This document shows positions 7,022 through 17,647 of a stretch of DNA of 64,000 nucleotides, in pieces. How positions within the stretch are numbered: position 1 is the first letter of the stretch; each line of letters starts with the position of its first letter. The notes under the pieces were generated by a model. The model ran no database searches and was not told the origin of the DNA. It saw nothing but the letters and a program-made list of their open reading frames with translations. Origin of the DNA: Escherichia phage vB_EcoM_ESCO45; sequence record OM386661.1; one strand, 5' to 3'. The translations under genes were made by a program, and so were the position numbers.

Positions 7022-8623
7022 ATGGACTTAAATACTGTTAAGCAGAAGCGAGTGGAAGATGTTAGGAAAGTCCTAGCTGGAGAGTTGGGGCTTTCTGATG
7101 AAGTAAAAGAAATTATTAAATCATTCGGTAAAGACCCCTCTAAATTCCTTCCAACTCAAATTCTGACTTTATTAAGATACACACCAGACCAAGTTCGCCT
7201 CATCTTTAAATTGATGACTGATAAGAACTATGTAGCCCCTCAGCCGGGTTCTCAAGAGGTCTTTTTAAACACTAATGCTGACTTGGTTCTTTATGGTGGT
7301 GCTGCTGGTGCTGGTAAGACTGCCGCATTGTTAATGGACTCTTTAAGATTTATTGAAGACCCTAACTATAATGCTGTGTATTTCCGTCGAAACACAACAC
7401 AGTTACAAGGTGGTTTATGGCCTGCTGCAAAGAAACTATTTGGTAAGTTTGGTGGGATTCCTCACGAGCAGAAAATGACTATCACATTCCCTTCTGGGGC
7501 AACTATCAAGTTTACCTACCTAGAACTTGAAAAGCACGCTGAAGGTCATCAGGGTATTGAATACTCAGCTATTTACTTTGATGAAGGTACACACTTCTCT
7601 GCTTCACAGATTTCATACCTACAAACCCGTCTACGTTCTGGTGCTGATGGTGATTCATACATGAAGATTTCCATGAACCCAGATAGAGACCACTTTATTT
7701 ACGATTGGGTAGAACCATTCTTAGATGAAGAAGGTTATCCAGACCCTGAAAAGTGTGGTCGTATTCGTTGGTATGTAATGAATGATGGTGTGATGGTTTC
7801 TGATTGGGAGAGAGACAAGATTATTGAAATGTTCCCTCTTGAGATTCCTCAAACATACACCTTTATCTCTGGTACGATTGATGATAACCCAATCCTTGAC
7901 TTCTTAGAGCCTAAGTACCGTGGTAAGTTGGAAAACAACACTCCTGTAAACGTTGCAAGACTTCGTTTTGGTAACTGGAAGGCTCGTGCAGAAGGTTCAA
8001 ACTACTGGCAAAGACAATGGTGTGAGATTGTTGATTCACTCCCAGAAGATGTATTTGATGTTAGAGCATGGGACTTAGCAGCAACTTTACCATCTGAGGT
8101 TAACCCTAATCCAGACTGGACAGCAGGTGTTAAGATGGGTAAATCTAAAAAAGACGGTTGCTATTATATCATTGATGTAGTAAGATTTAGAGATAGACCC
8201 TCTGGAGTCGAAACACAAATTAATTTGACTGCTGAAAGTGACGGTAAGCGAACTGGTATTTTTATCCCTCAAGACCCAGGCGCTGCTGGTAAATCCTACG
8301 CAACATCCCTCATCAGGAAACTTGCCGAGAAAGGCTATCGTGCAAGAGCTAAACCAACAAATAAAGATAAAGTTACCCGCTTTGCGGGATTTTCTGCTGC
8401 TTCTGAAGCTGGACTTGTAAAAGTCTTGAGAGGTAGTTGGAATGAAGCTTACTTTCAAGAGCTTGAAGGCTTTTGTGGTGATGGCAAATCTAAAGATGAC
8501 CAAGTGGATGCTACCAGTGATGCTTTCAACAGTCTTAATGAAGTTAAATTATTCAAGCCACCATCAATGGGTTCTCACACAGACTTAGTGAGAGGAAACC
8601 CATATGAGGGGCTTAGACGTTGA
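7022..8623 (+). CDS. terL: terminase large subunit
   Basis: Walker A LYGGAAGAGKT, acidic nuclease-like C-terminal half; GGAGG RBS 7 nt before ATG at 7022 (track start 7007). Confidence 0.85.
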   Translation: MDLNTVKQKRVEDVRKVLAGELGLSDEVKEIIKSFGKDPSKFLPTQILTLLRYTPDQVRLIFKLMTDKNYVAPQPGSQEVFLNTNADLVLYGGAAGAGKTAALLMDSLRFIEDPNYNAVYFRRNTTQLQGGLWPAAKKLFGKFGGIPHEQKMTITFPSGATIKFTYLELEKHAEGHQGIEYSAIYFDEGTHFSASQISYLQTRLRSGADGDSYMKISMNPDRDHFIYDWVEPFLDEEGYPDPEKCGRIRWYVMNDGVMVSDWERDKIIEMFPLEIPQTYTFISGTIDDNPILDFLEPKYRGKLENNTPVNVARLRFGNWKARAEGSNYWQRQWCEIVDSLPEDVFDVRAWDLAATLPSEVNPNPDWTAGVKMGKSKKDGCYYIIDVVRFRDRPSGVETQINLTAESDGKRTGIFIPQDPGAAGKSYATSLIRKLAEKGYRARAKPTNKDKVTRFAGFSAASEAGLVKVLRGSWNEAYFQELEGFCGDGKSKDDQVDATSDAFNSLNEVKLFKPPSMGSHTDLVRGNPYEGLRR

Positions 8624-8639
8624 TAGCTAGGTGAGAAGA

Positions 8640-10106
8640 ATGGCAGATATTACAGAAACACAAGAAAGCTTACCACCATTTAGGATGGGTGAAGTAGGTT
8701 CTTTGGGTCTGAAGGTTAAGAATGGAAGAATCTATGAAGAACCTCGTCAGGCACTAAGGTTCCCTGAAAGTATTAAAACTTTCCAATTAATGATGCGTGA
8801 CCCTGCTGTAGCAGCATCTGTAAATATTATTAAGATGTTTGTCAGAAAAGTCAACTGGAGATTCGTACCTCCAAAGGGAAAAGAGCAAGACCCTAAAATG
8901 CTTGAAAGAGCAGACTTCTTTAATTCTTTAATGGATGACATGGAGCATGATTGGGCAGATTTTATTAATTCTGTAATGTCATTCTGCACTTATGGATTCT
9001 GTGTTAACGAGAAAGTTTATAAGAAGCGACAGGGTAAAAAAGGAAAGTACCAGTCAAAGTTTGATGATGGTCTAATTGGATGGGCTAAATTACCAATCAG
9101 AAACCAATCAACACTTGATAAGTGGTATTTTGACGAAGACTTTAGAAAAGTTACTGGTGTTAGACAGAATCTGAGAAATGTTTCACATATTGCTGGAGCA
9201 ATTAATCTTGGAGAAAGACCACTGACAAGAAAACTTCCACGAGCTAAATTCATGCTGTTTAAGTATGACGATGAATATGGAAACCCAGAAGGTCGTTCAC
9301 CATTACTTAATGCCTATGTGCCGTGGAAGTATAAAGTCCAGATTGAAGAGTACGAAGCTGTTGGTGTTTCAAGAGACTTGGTAGGTATGCCAAAGATTGG
9401 TTTACCACCAGATTATCTGGATGAAAATGCAGAACCTGAAAAGAAAGCTTTCGTACAATACTGCAAAACTGTCGTTAATGATATGATTGCTAATGATAGA
9501 GCAGGTTTAATCTGGCCTAGATATATCGACCCAGAGACTAAAGAGGATATTTTCGAGTTCTCATTAGTTTCTAGACAGGGTGCTAAAGCATACGATACAG
9601 GTTCTATTATTGACAGATATTCCAAGCAGATTATGATGGCATTTATGTCAGATGTTCTTGCGATGGGTCAGTCAAAATATGGTTCATTCTCTCTTGCAGA
9701 TTCTAAGACAAGCTTACTAGCAATGTCAGTAGGTATTCTGCTGAAGCAAATTAAGAACGTAATTAATCGTGATTTAGTTGCACAGACTTATGCTCTTAAT
9801 ATGTGGGACGATGAAGAACATGTACAAATCACTTATGATGATATCGAAACTCCAGACCTTGAAGCAATTGGTTCTTATATCCAGAAGACTGTTGCAGTAG
9901 GTGCTTTGGAAGTTGACAAAGAGCTATCTAACAAGCTTAGAGAGCATATTGGTCTTCCTCCTGCTGATGAGTCTCAGCCAGTATCTGAAAAGCTTTCTCC
10001 AAATACCCAAAGCCGTTCAGGAGATGGTTATAAGACCGCTGGAGAAGGTACTGCAAAGACACCTTCAGCGAAAGACCCAAGCACAGCAAATAAGGCAAAT
10101 AAATAA
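8640..10106 (+). CDS. portal protein (putative)
   Basis: Directly follows terL, about 490 aa, precedes protease and capsid genes. Confidence 0.6.
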   Translation: MADITETQESLPPFRMGEVGSLGLKVKNGRIYEEPRQALRFPESIKTFQLMMRDPAVAASVNIIKMFVRKVNWRFVPPKGKEQDPKMLERADFFNSLMDDMEHDWADFINSVMSFCTYGFCVNEKVYKKRQGKKGKYQSKFDDGLIGWAKLPIRNQSTLDKWYFDEDFRKVTGVRQNLRNVSHIAGAINLGERPLTRKLPRAKFMLFKYDDEYGNPEGRSPLLNAYVPWKYKVQIEEYEAVGVSRDLVGMPKIGLPPDYLDENAEPEKKAFVQYCKTVVNDMIANDRAGLIWPRYIDPETKEDIFEFSLVSRQGAKAYDTGSIIDRYSKQIMMAFMSDVLAMGQSKYGSFSLADSKTSLLAMSVGILLKQIKNVINRDLVAQTYALNMWDDEEHVQITYDDIETPDLEAIGSYIQKTVAVGALEVDKELSNKLREHIGLPPADESQPVSEKLSPNTQSRSGDGYKTAGEGTAKTPSAKDPSTANKANK

Positions 10107-10606
10107 TGGCTGAAGTTATCTCTATTTCAAATGCTACACGAGTGCATTCGTATAGAGGTATTCTTATCATTACTGACGAGTTATCTGTAGAGGCTGGCTC
10201 AAGAGTCAGCCTTTCAGGTTATGTAAGTGATGGTGGAACCTCTGACGTTTTCACTATTTGCAGGTTACTTGATGCTCCAATGAGTGGAAAACCGTTTATT
10301 TCAGGAAATTGTAGTGAAATTGTTAAAATTCCATTTGACAGTTCATGCCTTTTGGGTGTAAAGTTATATAACTGTGAGAATAAACGTATCAATGTTAATA
10401 GCATTGAAGCCGCTTTCATTACCCTCGACACTGCATTTCAATCTCCAATGACAGTTAATAAAGAAACAAACAGACTTGAATACATTTTTTCACAAAATGA
10501 TTACAAAGTGCTTGTCAAAGGTAAAGTATATGATATGATTGTAAATGTGGTAGATGAATCTGGTAACCATTCAACAGTCCTTAAACAAAAAGTAAGGTTT
10601 AATTAA
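10106..10606 (+). CDS. hypothetical head-module protein
   Basis: ORF with ATGA overlap to portal stop. Confidence 0.4.
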   Translation: MAEVISISNATRVHSYRGILIITDELSVEAGSRVSLSGYVSDGGTSDVFTICRLLDAPMSGKPFISGNCSEIVKIPFDSSCLLGVKLYNCENKRINVNSIEAAFITLDTAFQSPMTVNKETNRLEYIFSQNDYKVLVKGKVYDMIVNVVDESGNHSTVLKQKVRFN

Positions 10607-10938
10607 TGGGAACATTAACTATTGATGGTAAGAATAAAATCCTCGCCACGCTAACCCCAACGACTATTATTTTACACAATGTAGACCCAACGGCAGACCC
10701 TACAGCAAATAAGGTTACTCAGCCAGTGGCTATTTATTTTTCTGAACCGGATAATGGCTTAATTGCCTCAGAAGACACAGTTCATATTACTGTTCCAGCT
10801 TCTGCAACGGTCTCACACTATAGCTTGTGGGATGCTAACGATAAATGCGTGGCAACTGGTGCTCTTAGCGAACCTCAATTCTTTGCTGAAGAAGGTATCT
10901 ATGTTATCTCTTCAGTCTCTGTAGATTTAAACAAATAG
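10606..10938 (+). CDS. hypothetical head-module protein
   Basis: ORF start overlaps upstream stop. Confidence 0.4.
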   Translation: MGTLTIDGKNKILATLTPTTIILHNVDPTADPTANKVTQPVAIYFSEPDNGLIASEDTVHITVPASATVSHYSLWDANDKCVATGALSEPQFFAEEGIYVISSVSVDLNK

Positions 10939-10949
10939 GGTGAGTAAAA

Positions 10950-12296
10950 ATGAGTTCGAATATCTTCAGACTTGCTGATAGATTATTCAACCAACCTTTA
11001 CTAGCCACTGAATCATTAGCTCACTCAGCAGCAACTTATGTGAATAACAGATTGCTGGGTGATGTCCAAGCAGCAGTAAACTTTGATAAACCAAAAGGTG
11101 AAGCAAGAAGTCTTTTAAAAGTAAAAGATGACATTGCTATTATCCCTATTATGGGTGGTTTAACCCATCGAATGACATTCATTGATGCAATGTGTACAGG
11201 TGGGTTAAGCTCTTATGAAGGTTTGCGTAGAGGCTTTGACGAAGCTTTAGCAGATGAGTCAATCAAGACTATTGTTCTGCACATCGATTCTGGTGGTGGT
11301 GAAGCTTCAGGTTGCTTTGAATTAGCACGTCACATTATGGCTTCAAGAGGCCAAAAGAAAATTATTGCTTATGTAGATGAGTTCGCTTGTTCCGCTGCAT
11401 ATGCTCTTGCATCTTCTGCTGAAGAAATTATTGCATCACCAGATGCAGATGTTGGTTCTATTGGTGTAATTATGGTTCATCAAGAATTAACTAAGGCATT
11501 TGAAAAGAATGGCGTAACAATTAACGTCATCAAAGCTGGTGAGTTTAAAGGTATGGGTTCACCATTCCAAGCACTCTCAGAAGAAAGCAAAGAAAGACTT
11601 CAAAAGAGAATTAATGACACCTACGCAACCTTTACAGGTTTTGTAGCCGAATCTCGTAACCTCTCTGAAGAAGCTGTAAAGAATACTGAGGCGAATGTTT
11701 ATTCTGCTCAGGAAGCTCTTGAACTTGGTTTAATTAACTCAATCATGTCTCAAGATGATTTCTTAAATTACTTACAAGGTTCTGAAGAGGCTCCTGTAAG
11801 TTTAAACGTTAACAATTCAGGTGAAGAAATGACTGAACAAGAAAAGCAAGAACTAGAAGCTTTGCGTCTTCAGGTTGCTCAAATGAAAGCTAAAGAACAG
11901 GAAGCTGCTTTGTCAGATTTGACTAATAAGATTTCTGCTTCTGCTGAAGCTTTTGGATTTGATGCAAAAGAAGCTGCAACGACTATTTTAGGTGCTGGTC
12001 TTGATAACCCTCTGAGCGTTCTGTTTATGAATGTTATGGAAGGTGCTAACCAGAAACTTAATGAAACTATCGCGTCCCATGCTTCTGCAATGGAAGAAAA
12101 AGAATCAGAAATTACCAAGTTGAAAGAAACTGCTGGTGCTGTTCTTGAACATTCCAATGCTATGGAAGAAGTGGGTAATGACGGTGAAGCTGATTTGGTT
12201 GAAGAAGAAAAAGAACCAGCTAAGAATGCTTCCGAAGACACCGCTGAACAACGCAAACTGGCTCTCCAGAATGCTCTAAAATCTCTTATCAAATAA
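10950..12296 (+). CDS. prohead protease (S49/ClpP-like) fused to scaffold-like coiled coil
   Basis: S49-type peptidase core (IAIIPIMGG...VLHIDSGGGEASG...DEFACSAAYALASSA); C-terminal Glu/Lys/Ala-rich coiled coil. Confidence 0.8.
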   Translation: MSSNIFRLADRLFNQPLLATESLAHSAATYVNNRLLGDVQAAVNFDKPKGEARSLLKVKDDIAIIPIMGGLTHRMTFIDAMCTGGLSSYEGLRRGFDEALADESIKTIVLHIDSGGGEASGCFELARHIMASRGQKKIIAYVDEFACSAAYALASSAEEIIASPDADVGSIGVIMVHQELTKAFEKNGVTINVIKAGEFKGMGSPFQALSEESKERLQKRINDTYATFTGFVAESRNLSEEAVKNTEANVYSAQEALELGLINSIMSQDDFLNYLQGSEEAPVSLNVNNSGEEMTEQEKQELEALRLQVAQMKAKEQEAALSDLTNKISASAEAFGFDAKEAATTILGAGLDNPLSVLFMNVMEGANQKLNETIASHASAMEEKESEITKLKETAGAVLEHSNAMEEVGNDGEADLVEEEKEPAKNASEDTAEQRKLALQNALKSLIK

Positions 12297-12307
12297 GGAA
12301 CACAATA

Positions 12308-12685
12308 ATGGCATATCAAGGTTTTACTAAGTTAGGTAACAGAGAACCTCTGAATGATATCATTCTTTGGGAACAGATTACCCCAACAGGACACTCTCGT
12401 AAAGAGTACACTCCGGTTGCTTCAACAGATTACCGTGTAGGTGAAGTTCTGAAAGCAGACGGTACTAAGGTTGCAGCAGGGCAAGAAGCTCAGGCTGATT
12501 CAGTATGTATCGTTAACTTTTATGCAGACCTGCAACTGTCTTATCATGGTCAGTTGAAAGTGGTAGGTATCTACCGTGATGCAGAACTAAAAGACACGCT
12601 TACTCTTGGAACAGGTGTTAACGCTGCCTCAGTCAAGGCAGCTCTGGCTGCTAAAGGTATTACTTTCGTACCAACTGGCCTGTAA
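12308..12685 (+). CDS. head decoration protein (lambda gpD-like, putative)
   Basis: 125 aa between protease and major capsid, same position as lambda D; Gly/Ala/Val-rich. Confidence 0.45.
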   Translation: MAYQGFTKLGNREPLNDIILWEQITPTGHSRKEYTPVASTDYRVGEVLKADGTKVAAGQEAQADSVCIVNFYADLQLSYHGQLKVVGIYRDAELKDTLTLGTGVNAASVKAALAAKGITFVPTGL

Positions 12686-12718
12686 TAACAATAATAAGAC
12701 ATTCTGGAGAATTTTACA

Positions 12719-13834
12719 ATGTTGACTAATTCTGAAAAAAGCAGATTTTTCCTTGCTGACCTGACTGGTGAAGTCCAGTCTATCCCAAACACTTATGGGT
12801 ATATTTCCAACTTAGGTCTGTTCCGTTCAGCACCAATCACCCAAACTACTTTCCTTATGGATTTGACTGATTGGGATGTTAGCTTGCTTGATGCGGTAGA
12901 CCGTGATAGTCGTAAAGCAGAGACTAGCGCACCTGAGCGTGTTCGTCAAATCAGCTTCCCAATGATGTACTTCAAAGAAGTTGAAAGCATCACTCCTGAT
13001 GAGATTCAGGGTGTACGTCAGCCAGGCACTGCAAACGAACTGACCACTGAAGCTGTAGTCCGTGCTAAGAAGCTGATGAAGATTCGTACCAAGTTCGATA
13101 TTACTCGTGAGTTCCTGTTTATGCAAGCTCTGAAGGGTAAAGTTGTTGATGCTCGTGGTACACTGTATGCTGACCTGTACCAGCAGTTCGACGTTCAGAA
13201 GAAGACTATTTACTTCGACCTTGACAACCCTAATGCTGACATCGACGCATCTATTGAAGAACTGCGTATGCACATGGAAGACGAAGCTAAGACTGGTACT
13301 GTAATCAACGGTGAAGAAATTCATGTAGTTGTTGACCGTGTATTCTTCAGCAAACTGACTAAGCATCCTAAGATTCGTGACGCTTATCTTGCACAGCAGA
13401 CTCCACTGGCTTGGCAACAGATTACTGGTTCTCTGAGAACTGGTGGTACTGACGGCGTTCAGGCTCATATGAACACCTTCTACTACGGTGGTGTTAAGTT
13501 TGTCCAGTACAACGGTAAGTTCAAAGACAAGCGTGGTAATGTTCACACTCTGGTGAGCATTGATGGTGTAGCATCAACTGTTGGTGTTGGTCATGCTTTC
13601 CCTAACGTATCTATGCTTGGTGAAGCTAACAACATCTTCGAAGTTGCATATGGTCCATGTCCTAAGATGGGTTACGCAAATACACTTGGTCAGGAACTGT
13701 ACGTATTCGAATACGAAAAAGACCGTGACGAAGGTATTGACTTCGAAGCTCACTCTTACATGCTGCCATACTGTACTCGTCCTCAGTTGCTGATTGATGT
13801 TCGCGCTGATGCTGAAGACACTGAAGACGCATAA
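12719..13834 (+). CDS. major capsid protein (lambda gpE-like family, putative)
   Basis: 371 aa after protease and decoration genes; GGAG RBS; highly expressed-type codon usage. Confidence 0.7.
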   Translation: MLTNSEKSRFFLADLTGEVQSIPNTYGYISNLGLFRSAPITQTTFLMDLTDWDVSLLDAVDRDSRKAETSAPERVRQISFPMMYFKEVESITPDEIQGVRQPGTANELTTEAVVRAKKLMKIRTKFDITREFLFMQALKGKVVDARGTLYADLYQQFDVQKKTIYFDLDNPNADIDASIEELRMHMEDEAKTGTVINGEEIHVVVDRVFFSKLTKHPKIRDAYLAQQTPLAWQQITGSLRTGGTDGVQAHMNTFYYGGVKFVQYNGKFKDKRGNVHTLVSIDGVASTVGVGHAFPNVSMLGEANNIFEVAYGPCPKMGYANTLGQELYVFEYEKDRDEGIDFEAHSYMLPYCTRPQLLIDVRADAEDTEDA

Positions 13835-13855
13835 TATTCTTAAGGAGGGTTATGA

Positions 13856-14305
13856 ATGTGTTATACAGGCGACCCAGCCAATAACCCTCTTGATAGAGTA
13901 AGAATCCTCTGCACAGACACTAATAATGATGAAATTCTTATCGAGCAGTCTGTGCTAGAGTGGTTCTATCTAGAGTCTGGAAAGGATGAAAAGAAAGCAG
14001 CCATCAAAGCTCTTAAATACTTACTCTTTCAAGTAGCCAAGATGGGAGATGAGAAGGTTGGTGGTGTTTATTTACGTAACTCTTCCAGATTCAAATCTCT
14101 GAAAGCTGTTTATGACGACCTTGTTAAAAGCTCTGTTTCAGGACTACCCTATGCAGGTGGTATTAATCAGTGTGATATTGACATGCGTCGTCATAATCCT
14201 TGCTCTGTCAAGAAATACACAGAATATGGTGATGCTGCCAGATACGAAGGCAGAGATTACTGCAACCGTGTTAATGGCGTATTTATTATCGAGCGAGATG
14301 AATAA
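13856..14305 (+). CDS. hypothetical head-tail joining protein
   Basis: Position between capsid and sheath genes; AAGGAGGG RBS. Confidence 0.35.
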   Translation: MCYTGDPANNPLDRVRILCTDTNNDEILIEQSVLEWFYLESGKDEKKAAIKALKYLLFQVAKMGDEKVGGVYLRNSSRFKSLKAVYDDLVKSSVSGLPYAGGINQCDIDMRRHNPCSVKKYTEYGDAARYEGRDYCNRVNGVFIIERDE

Positions 14306-14787
14306 TGGTTAAAAGGGTTATTCACCCCGCTAGAGCAAAATTAGTCGGGGCTATGAAGAACTTGCAAACGGCTAATGCTCAAGTTGGGTATTTTCAAGAA
14401 CAAGGTCAACATAGCTCTGGTTTTTCTTATCCTGCTTTAATGTATTTACAAGAAGTTATTGGGGTTCCTTCAGCTTCTGGTAAAGTATATCGTAGGTTGT
14501 TTGAAATCACTATGATGCTAAACAAACAGACCTTGTTAGAGCAGACTAAGAAGAATCTATATAAGCAACTTAGCAGTCTCAACACAGACCCTTCAAATAC
14601 CTTAGAAGCATTTGCAAAGAATGCTCAAAAGGCAATTAAAAGAGGGTTTGGTAATTCTGCTATCCTCCCTCCTAACGCACCTTCCACAGTCAAGAAAAAA
14701 GGCTTTAACGCACCTCTTGTTGAGACAGGTGACTTAAGAGATAACCTTGCTTATAAAATTTCTACTAAGAAGGGTATTAAGAAATGA
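14305..14787 (+). CDS. hypothetical head/tail completion protein
   Basis: Position; overlapping start/stop. Confidence 0.35.
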   Translation: MVKRVIHPARAKLVGAMKNLQTANAQVGYFQEQGQHSSGFSYPALMYLQEVIGVPSASGKVYRRLFEITMMLNKQTLLEQTKKNLYKQLSSLNTDPSNTLEAFAKNAQKAIKRGFGNSAILPPNAPSTVKKKGFNAPLVETGDLRDNLAYKISTKKGIKK

Positions 14788-15185
14788 GACTCTTAAACAG
14801 ACACAGCTTTGTAGTAAAGCGTAAAGTCTCTGAAGATGGTTATTACAATGATGATGGTGATTGGGTAGCTTCACAAGATATTGTAGAGGTTAACTGTAAA
14901 GGTAATATCCAGCCATATATCAAAGGTTCTGTAAAGAATGGTACACAGATTGCTTTACCGGAAGGTATTAGGCTTACCGATACAAGAATCCTGTATACCA
15001 CATATAAACTTAGAACTTCAGATGATGTAGAGTGGAATGAGTCTGATATTGTTATGATTGATGGTCATGAGTATGAAGTATTTATGTCTATGGATTGGTC
15101 ACAGCAATTAGCCCATACGTCCCATTATGAATATATCATTATTAGAAGGGATAAAATGAATGCAGTTAGAAACAGCAGAACTTGA
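14784..15185 (+). CDS. hypothetical head/tail completion protein
   Basis: Position; overlapping start/stop. Confidence 0.35.
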   Translation: MRLLNRHSFVVKRKVSEDGYYNDDGDWVASQDIVEVNCKGNIQPYIKGSVKNGTQIALPEGIRLTDTRILYTTYKLRTSDDVEWNESDIVMIDGHEYEVFMSMDWSQQLAHTSHYEYIIIRRDKMNAVRNSRT

Positions 15186-15759
15186 AAAAGGTCTAGTTAG
15201 AACCTTAGTGGATGTTATTGGTCACAGACTAGCTCGTGATAAAAATAATAGACCGAATGTAATTAGAGCTTACCCTTCTGATAACTCAAATGACAAAGGT
15301 TTAAAACCTGACCAGCCATTTATTACCGTATATTGTCAAGATGCTGCAACACCTTATGGTTGGGTTCTTGATAAGTTTGTTGAGGATGATGTAGTTTGCT
15401 ACAGAATTGCTTTTCAGATTCCTGTATTGATTACGGTAAATGGTAAAGGTGCTCACAGTATTATGCTTGAGCTTAAACAACGATTAGAGATGAGTTCAGT
15501 CAGAGATTTAATCCTTGAAGAAACAGGGGCTACAGTATTAGACACTGGAGCTATCCCGAATGACTATACTTATCTCAATACAGATTTCGAAAATTCTGCA
15601 CCTCTTGTTGTAACTCTTGTAAAAAACTCAGTCCTGAAAGATGAACGTGGGAGTATTATTGAACATGTCATTGTTGATGGTGAGTTGGTTTATGAAGAAG
15701 GACAAGAGCCACCAGAATATACTATCCATCTAGATGTAGACTCCAAAGGGGTAAAATAA
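15160..15759 (+). CDS. hypothetical tail completion protein
   Basis: Position immediately upstream of sheath gene. Confidence 0.35.
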   Translation: MQLETAELEKGLVRTLVDVIGHRLARDKNNRPNVIRAYPSDNSNDKGLKPDQPFITVYCQDAATPYGWVLDKFVEDDVVCYRIAFQIPVLITVNGKGAHSIMLELKQRLEMSSVRDLILEETGATVLDTGAIPNDYTYLNTDFENSAPLVVTLVKNSVLKDERGSIIEHVIVDGELVYEEGQEPPEYTIHLDVDSKGVK

Positions 15760-17112
15760 ATGTGGAATCCAATTGTTAATGTAGATATTACATTGAACAC
15801 CGCAGGAACTACAAGAGAAGGTTTTGGTTTGCCACTATTCTTAGCTTCAACAGATAACTTTGAAGAAAGAGTTCGTGGCTACACTTCCTTAACTGAAGTT
15901 GCTGAAGATTTCGATGAGAATACTGCTGCATATAAGGCTGCTAAACAACTTTGGAGTCAGACTCCTAAAGTGACTCAGCTTTATATTGGTAGACGTGCTA
16001 TGCAGTACACTGTATCAATTCATGATGAAGTTACTGAAAGTACAGACTACTCAATTACTGTAGCTGTTGGTGGTGGCATCTCTCAACCATTCCAGTATAC
16101 AGCACAAGATTCAGATACTGCTGATGTAGTTTTGCAACAGTTTAAAACACAGATTGAAGCTGACCCAACAATCAACGATAAGGTTTCTGTGAATGTAACT
16201 GGTAGTGGTGGTTCTGCCACAATGATTATTACTAAAGCTGGTGATAATGACTTTGTGAAAGTAACAACCACAGCACAGACTGTATACATTGCAAGTACAA
16301 CTGCCGATACAGCATCAACTGCTCTGGCAGCTATTGAAGCTTACTCTACCGACTGGTATTTCATTGCAGCAGAAGACAGAACTCAACAGTTTGTCTTAGC
16401 AATGGCTTCTGAGATTCAGGCTCGCAAGAAAATCTTCTTTACAGCTAACTCTGATGTAGCAGCACTGCAAGGGACAGAATTAGCCAGTGCAAATGATGTT
16501 CCAGCACAGCTTGCTAAGAATATGTACACTCGTACAGTTTGCTTGTGGCATCACGAAGCAGCAGAAGATTACCCAGAAATGGCATACATTGCTTATGGTG
16601 CTCCATATGATGCAGGTTCAATCGCTTGGGGTAATGCTCAGCTAACTGGTGTAGCAGCTTCTCTACAACCATCTAATCAGAGACCTCTGGCAAGTATTCA
16701 GAAGTCTGCTTTAGATGCACGTCACTGTAACTTTATTGACCTTGATGGTGGTGTTCCAGTGGTTCGTAGAGGGATTACTTCTGGTGGGGAATGGATTGAT
16801 ATCATCCGTGGTGTTGACTGGTTAGAATCAGACCTGAAAACTTCTCTGAGAGACTTGCTAATTAACCAGAAGGGTGGTAAGATTACTTATGATGATACTG
16901 GTATTACCCGTATTCGTCAAGTCATTGAAACCTCTCTGCAAAGAGCAGTCAACAGAAACTTCCTGTCATCTTACACAGTTAATGTTCCTAAAGCCTCTCA
17001 AGTTGCTTTAGCAGACAAGAAAGCACGTATCCTGAAAGATGTTACCTTCGCAGGTATCTTAGCAGGGGCTATCTTGGATGTTGACTTGAAAGGTACAGTG
17101 GCTTACGAATAA
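15760..17112 (+). CDS. tail sheath protein
   Basis: 450 aa; C-terminal region (GGEWIDIIRGVDWLESDL...FAGILAGAI) resembles the conserved sheath C-terminal domain; followed by tube and chaperone genes. Confidence 0.7.
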   Translation: MWNPIVNVDITLNTAGTTREGFGLPLFLASTDNFEERVRGYTSLTEVAEDFDENTAAYKAAKQLWSQTPKVTQLYIGRRAMQYTVSIHDEVTESTDYSITVAVGGGISQPFQYTAQDSDTADVVLQQFKTQIEADPTINDKVSVNVTGSGGSATMIITKAGDNDFVKVTTTAQTVYIASTTADTASTALAAIEAYSTDWYFIAAEDRTQQFVLAMASEIQARKKIFFTANSDVAALQGTELASANDVPAQLAKNMYTRTVCLWHHEAAEDYPEMAYIAYGAPYDAGSIAWGNAQLTGVAASLQPSNQRPLASIQKSALDARHCNFIDLDGGVPVVRRGITSGGEWIDIIRGVDWLESDLKTSLRDLLINQKGGKITYDDTGITRIRQVIETSLQRAVNRNFLSSYTVNVPKASQVALADKKARILKDVTFAGILAGAILDVDLKGTVAYE

Positions 17113-17127
17113 TAGAGGTAAATTGGA

Positions 17128-17574
17128 ATGGCTATGTATCAGCAATATTCCCCTAAAGACGTTGTATGTAGCTGGAATGGTATTGCCATTGAAGGCTTTG
17201 CCCCAGACTCATTCTTACGTCTACAGAGAACATCACCACTTGTGACACCAGTTGTTGGTGCAGGTGGTCAGGTTGCTCTGACAAGAAATGCAGACAAGAC
17301 AGGTACTATTGAGATTGAGTTAATGCAGACTTCTCTCTCTAACCAGATGCTTTCTGCAATTCAAGCTAAACAAGACAATATGGAACTTGAAGAAGAAATC
17401 TCTTCTAACTTCGTAATCTACGACCCATCAGGCTCTGTTCTGGCAACTGGTATTAATGCTTGGTTGCAGGAATTACCACAGATTGAACTTGGTCGTGACC
17501 AGAACTCTAAAACTTGGATTTTTGGTTGTGAGAAGCTAGACTACACTTCTACAATTCCAGCGTCAAGTGTTTAA
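17128..17574 (+). CDS. tail tube protein (putative)
   Basis: 148 aa immediately after sheath, before terminator and chaperone genes. Confidence 0.55.
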   Translation: MAMYQQYSPKDVVCSWNGIAIEGFAPDSFLRLQRTSPLVTPVVGAGGQVALTRNADKTGTIEIELMQTSLSNQMLSAIQAKQDNMELEEEISSNFVIYDPSGSVLATGINAWLQELPQIELGRDQNSKTWIFGCEKLDYTSTIPASSV

Positions 17575-17585
17575 TAAATCCTATA

Positions 17586-17621
17586 AGGGGGAGACTTTAA
17601 AAGGTCTTCCCCTTTTTTGTT
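17586..17621 (+). terminator. rho-independent terminator
   Basis: GGGGGAGAC-TTTAAAA-GGTCTTCCCC hairpin followed by TTTTTT. Confidence 0.6.
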
Positions 17622-17647
17622 TCTTTTAAAAGTATTAAGGAATCACA

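Noticed and set aside
12827-13546. Long antisense ORFs inside major genes (12827..13546 inside the capsid gene, 25237..25764, 11879..12319, 8087..8503, 31592..32008)
   Set aside because: Each is fully embedded in or antisense to a gene with strong motif or positional support; no RBS or independent evidence.
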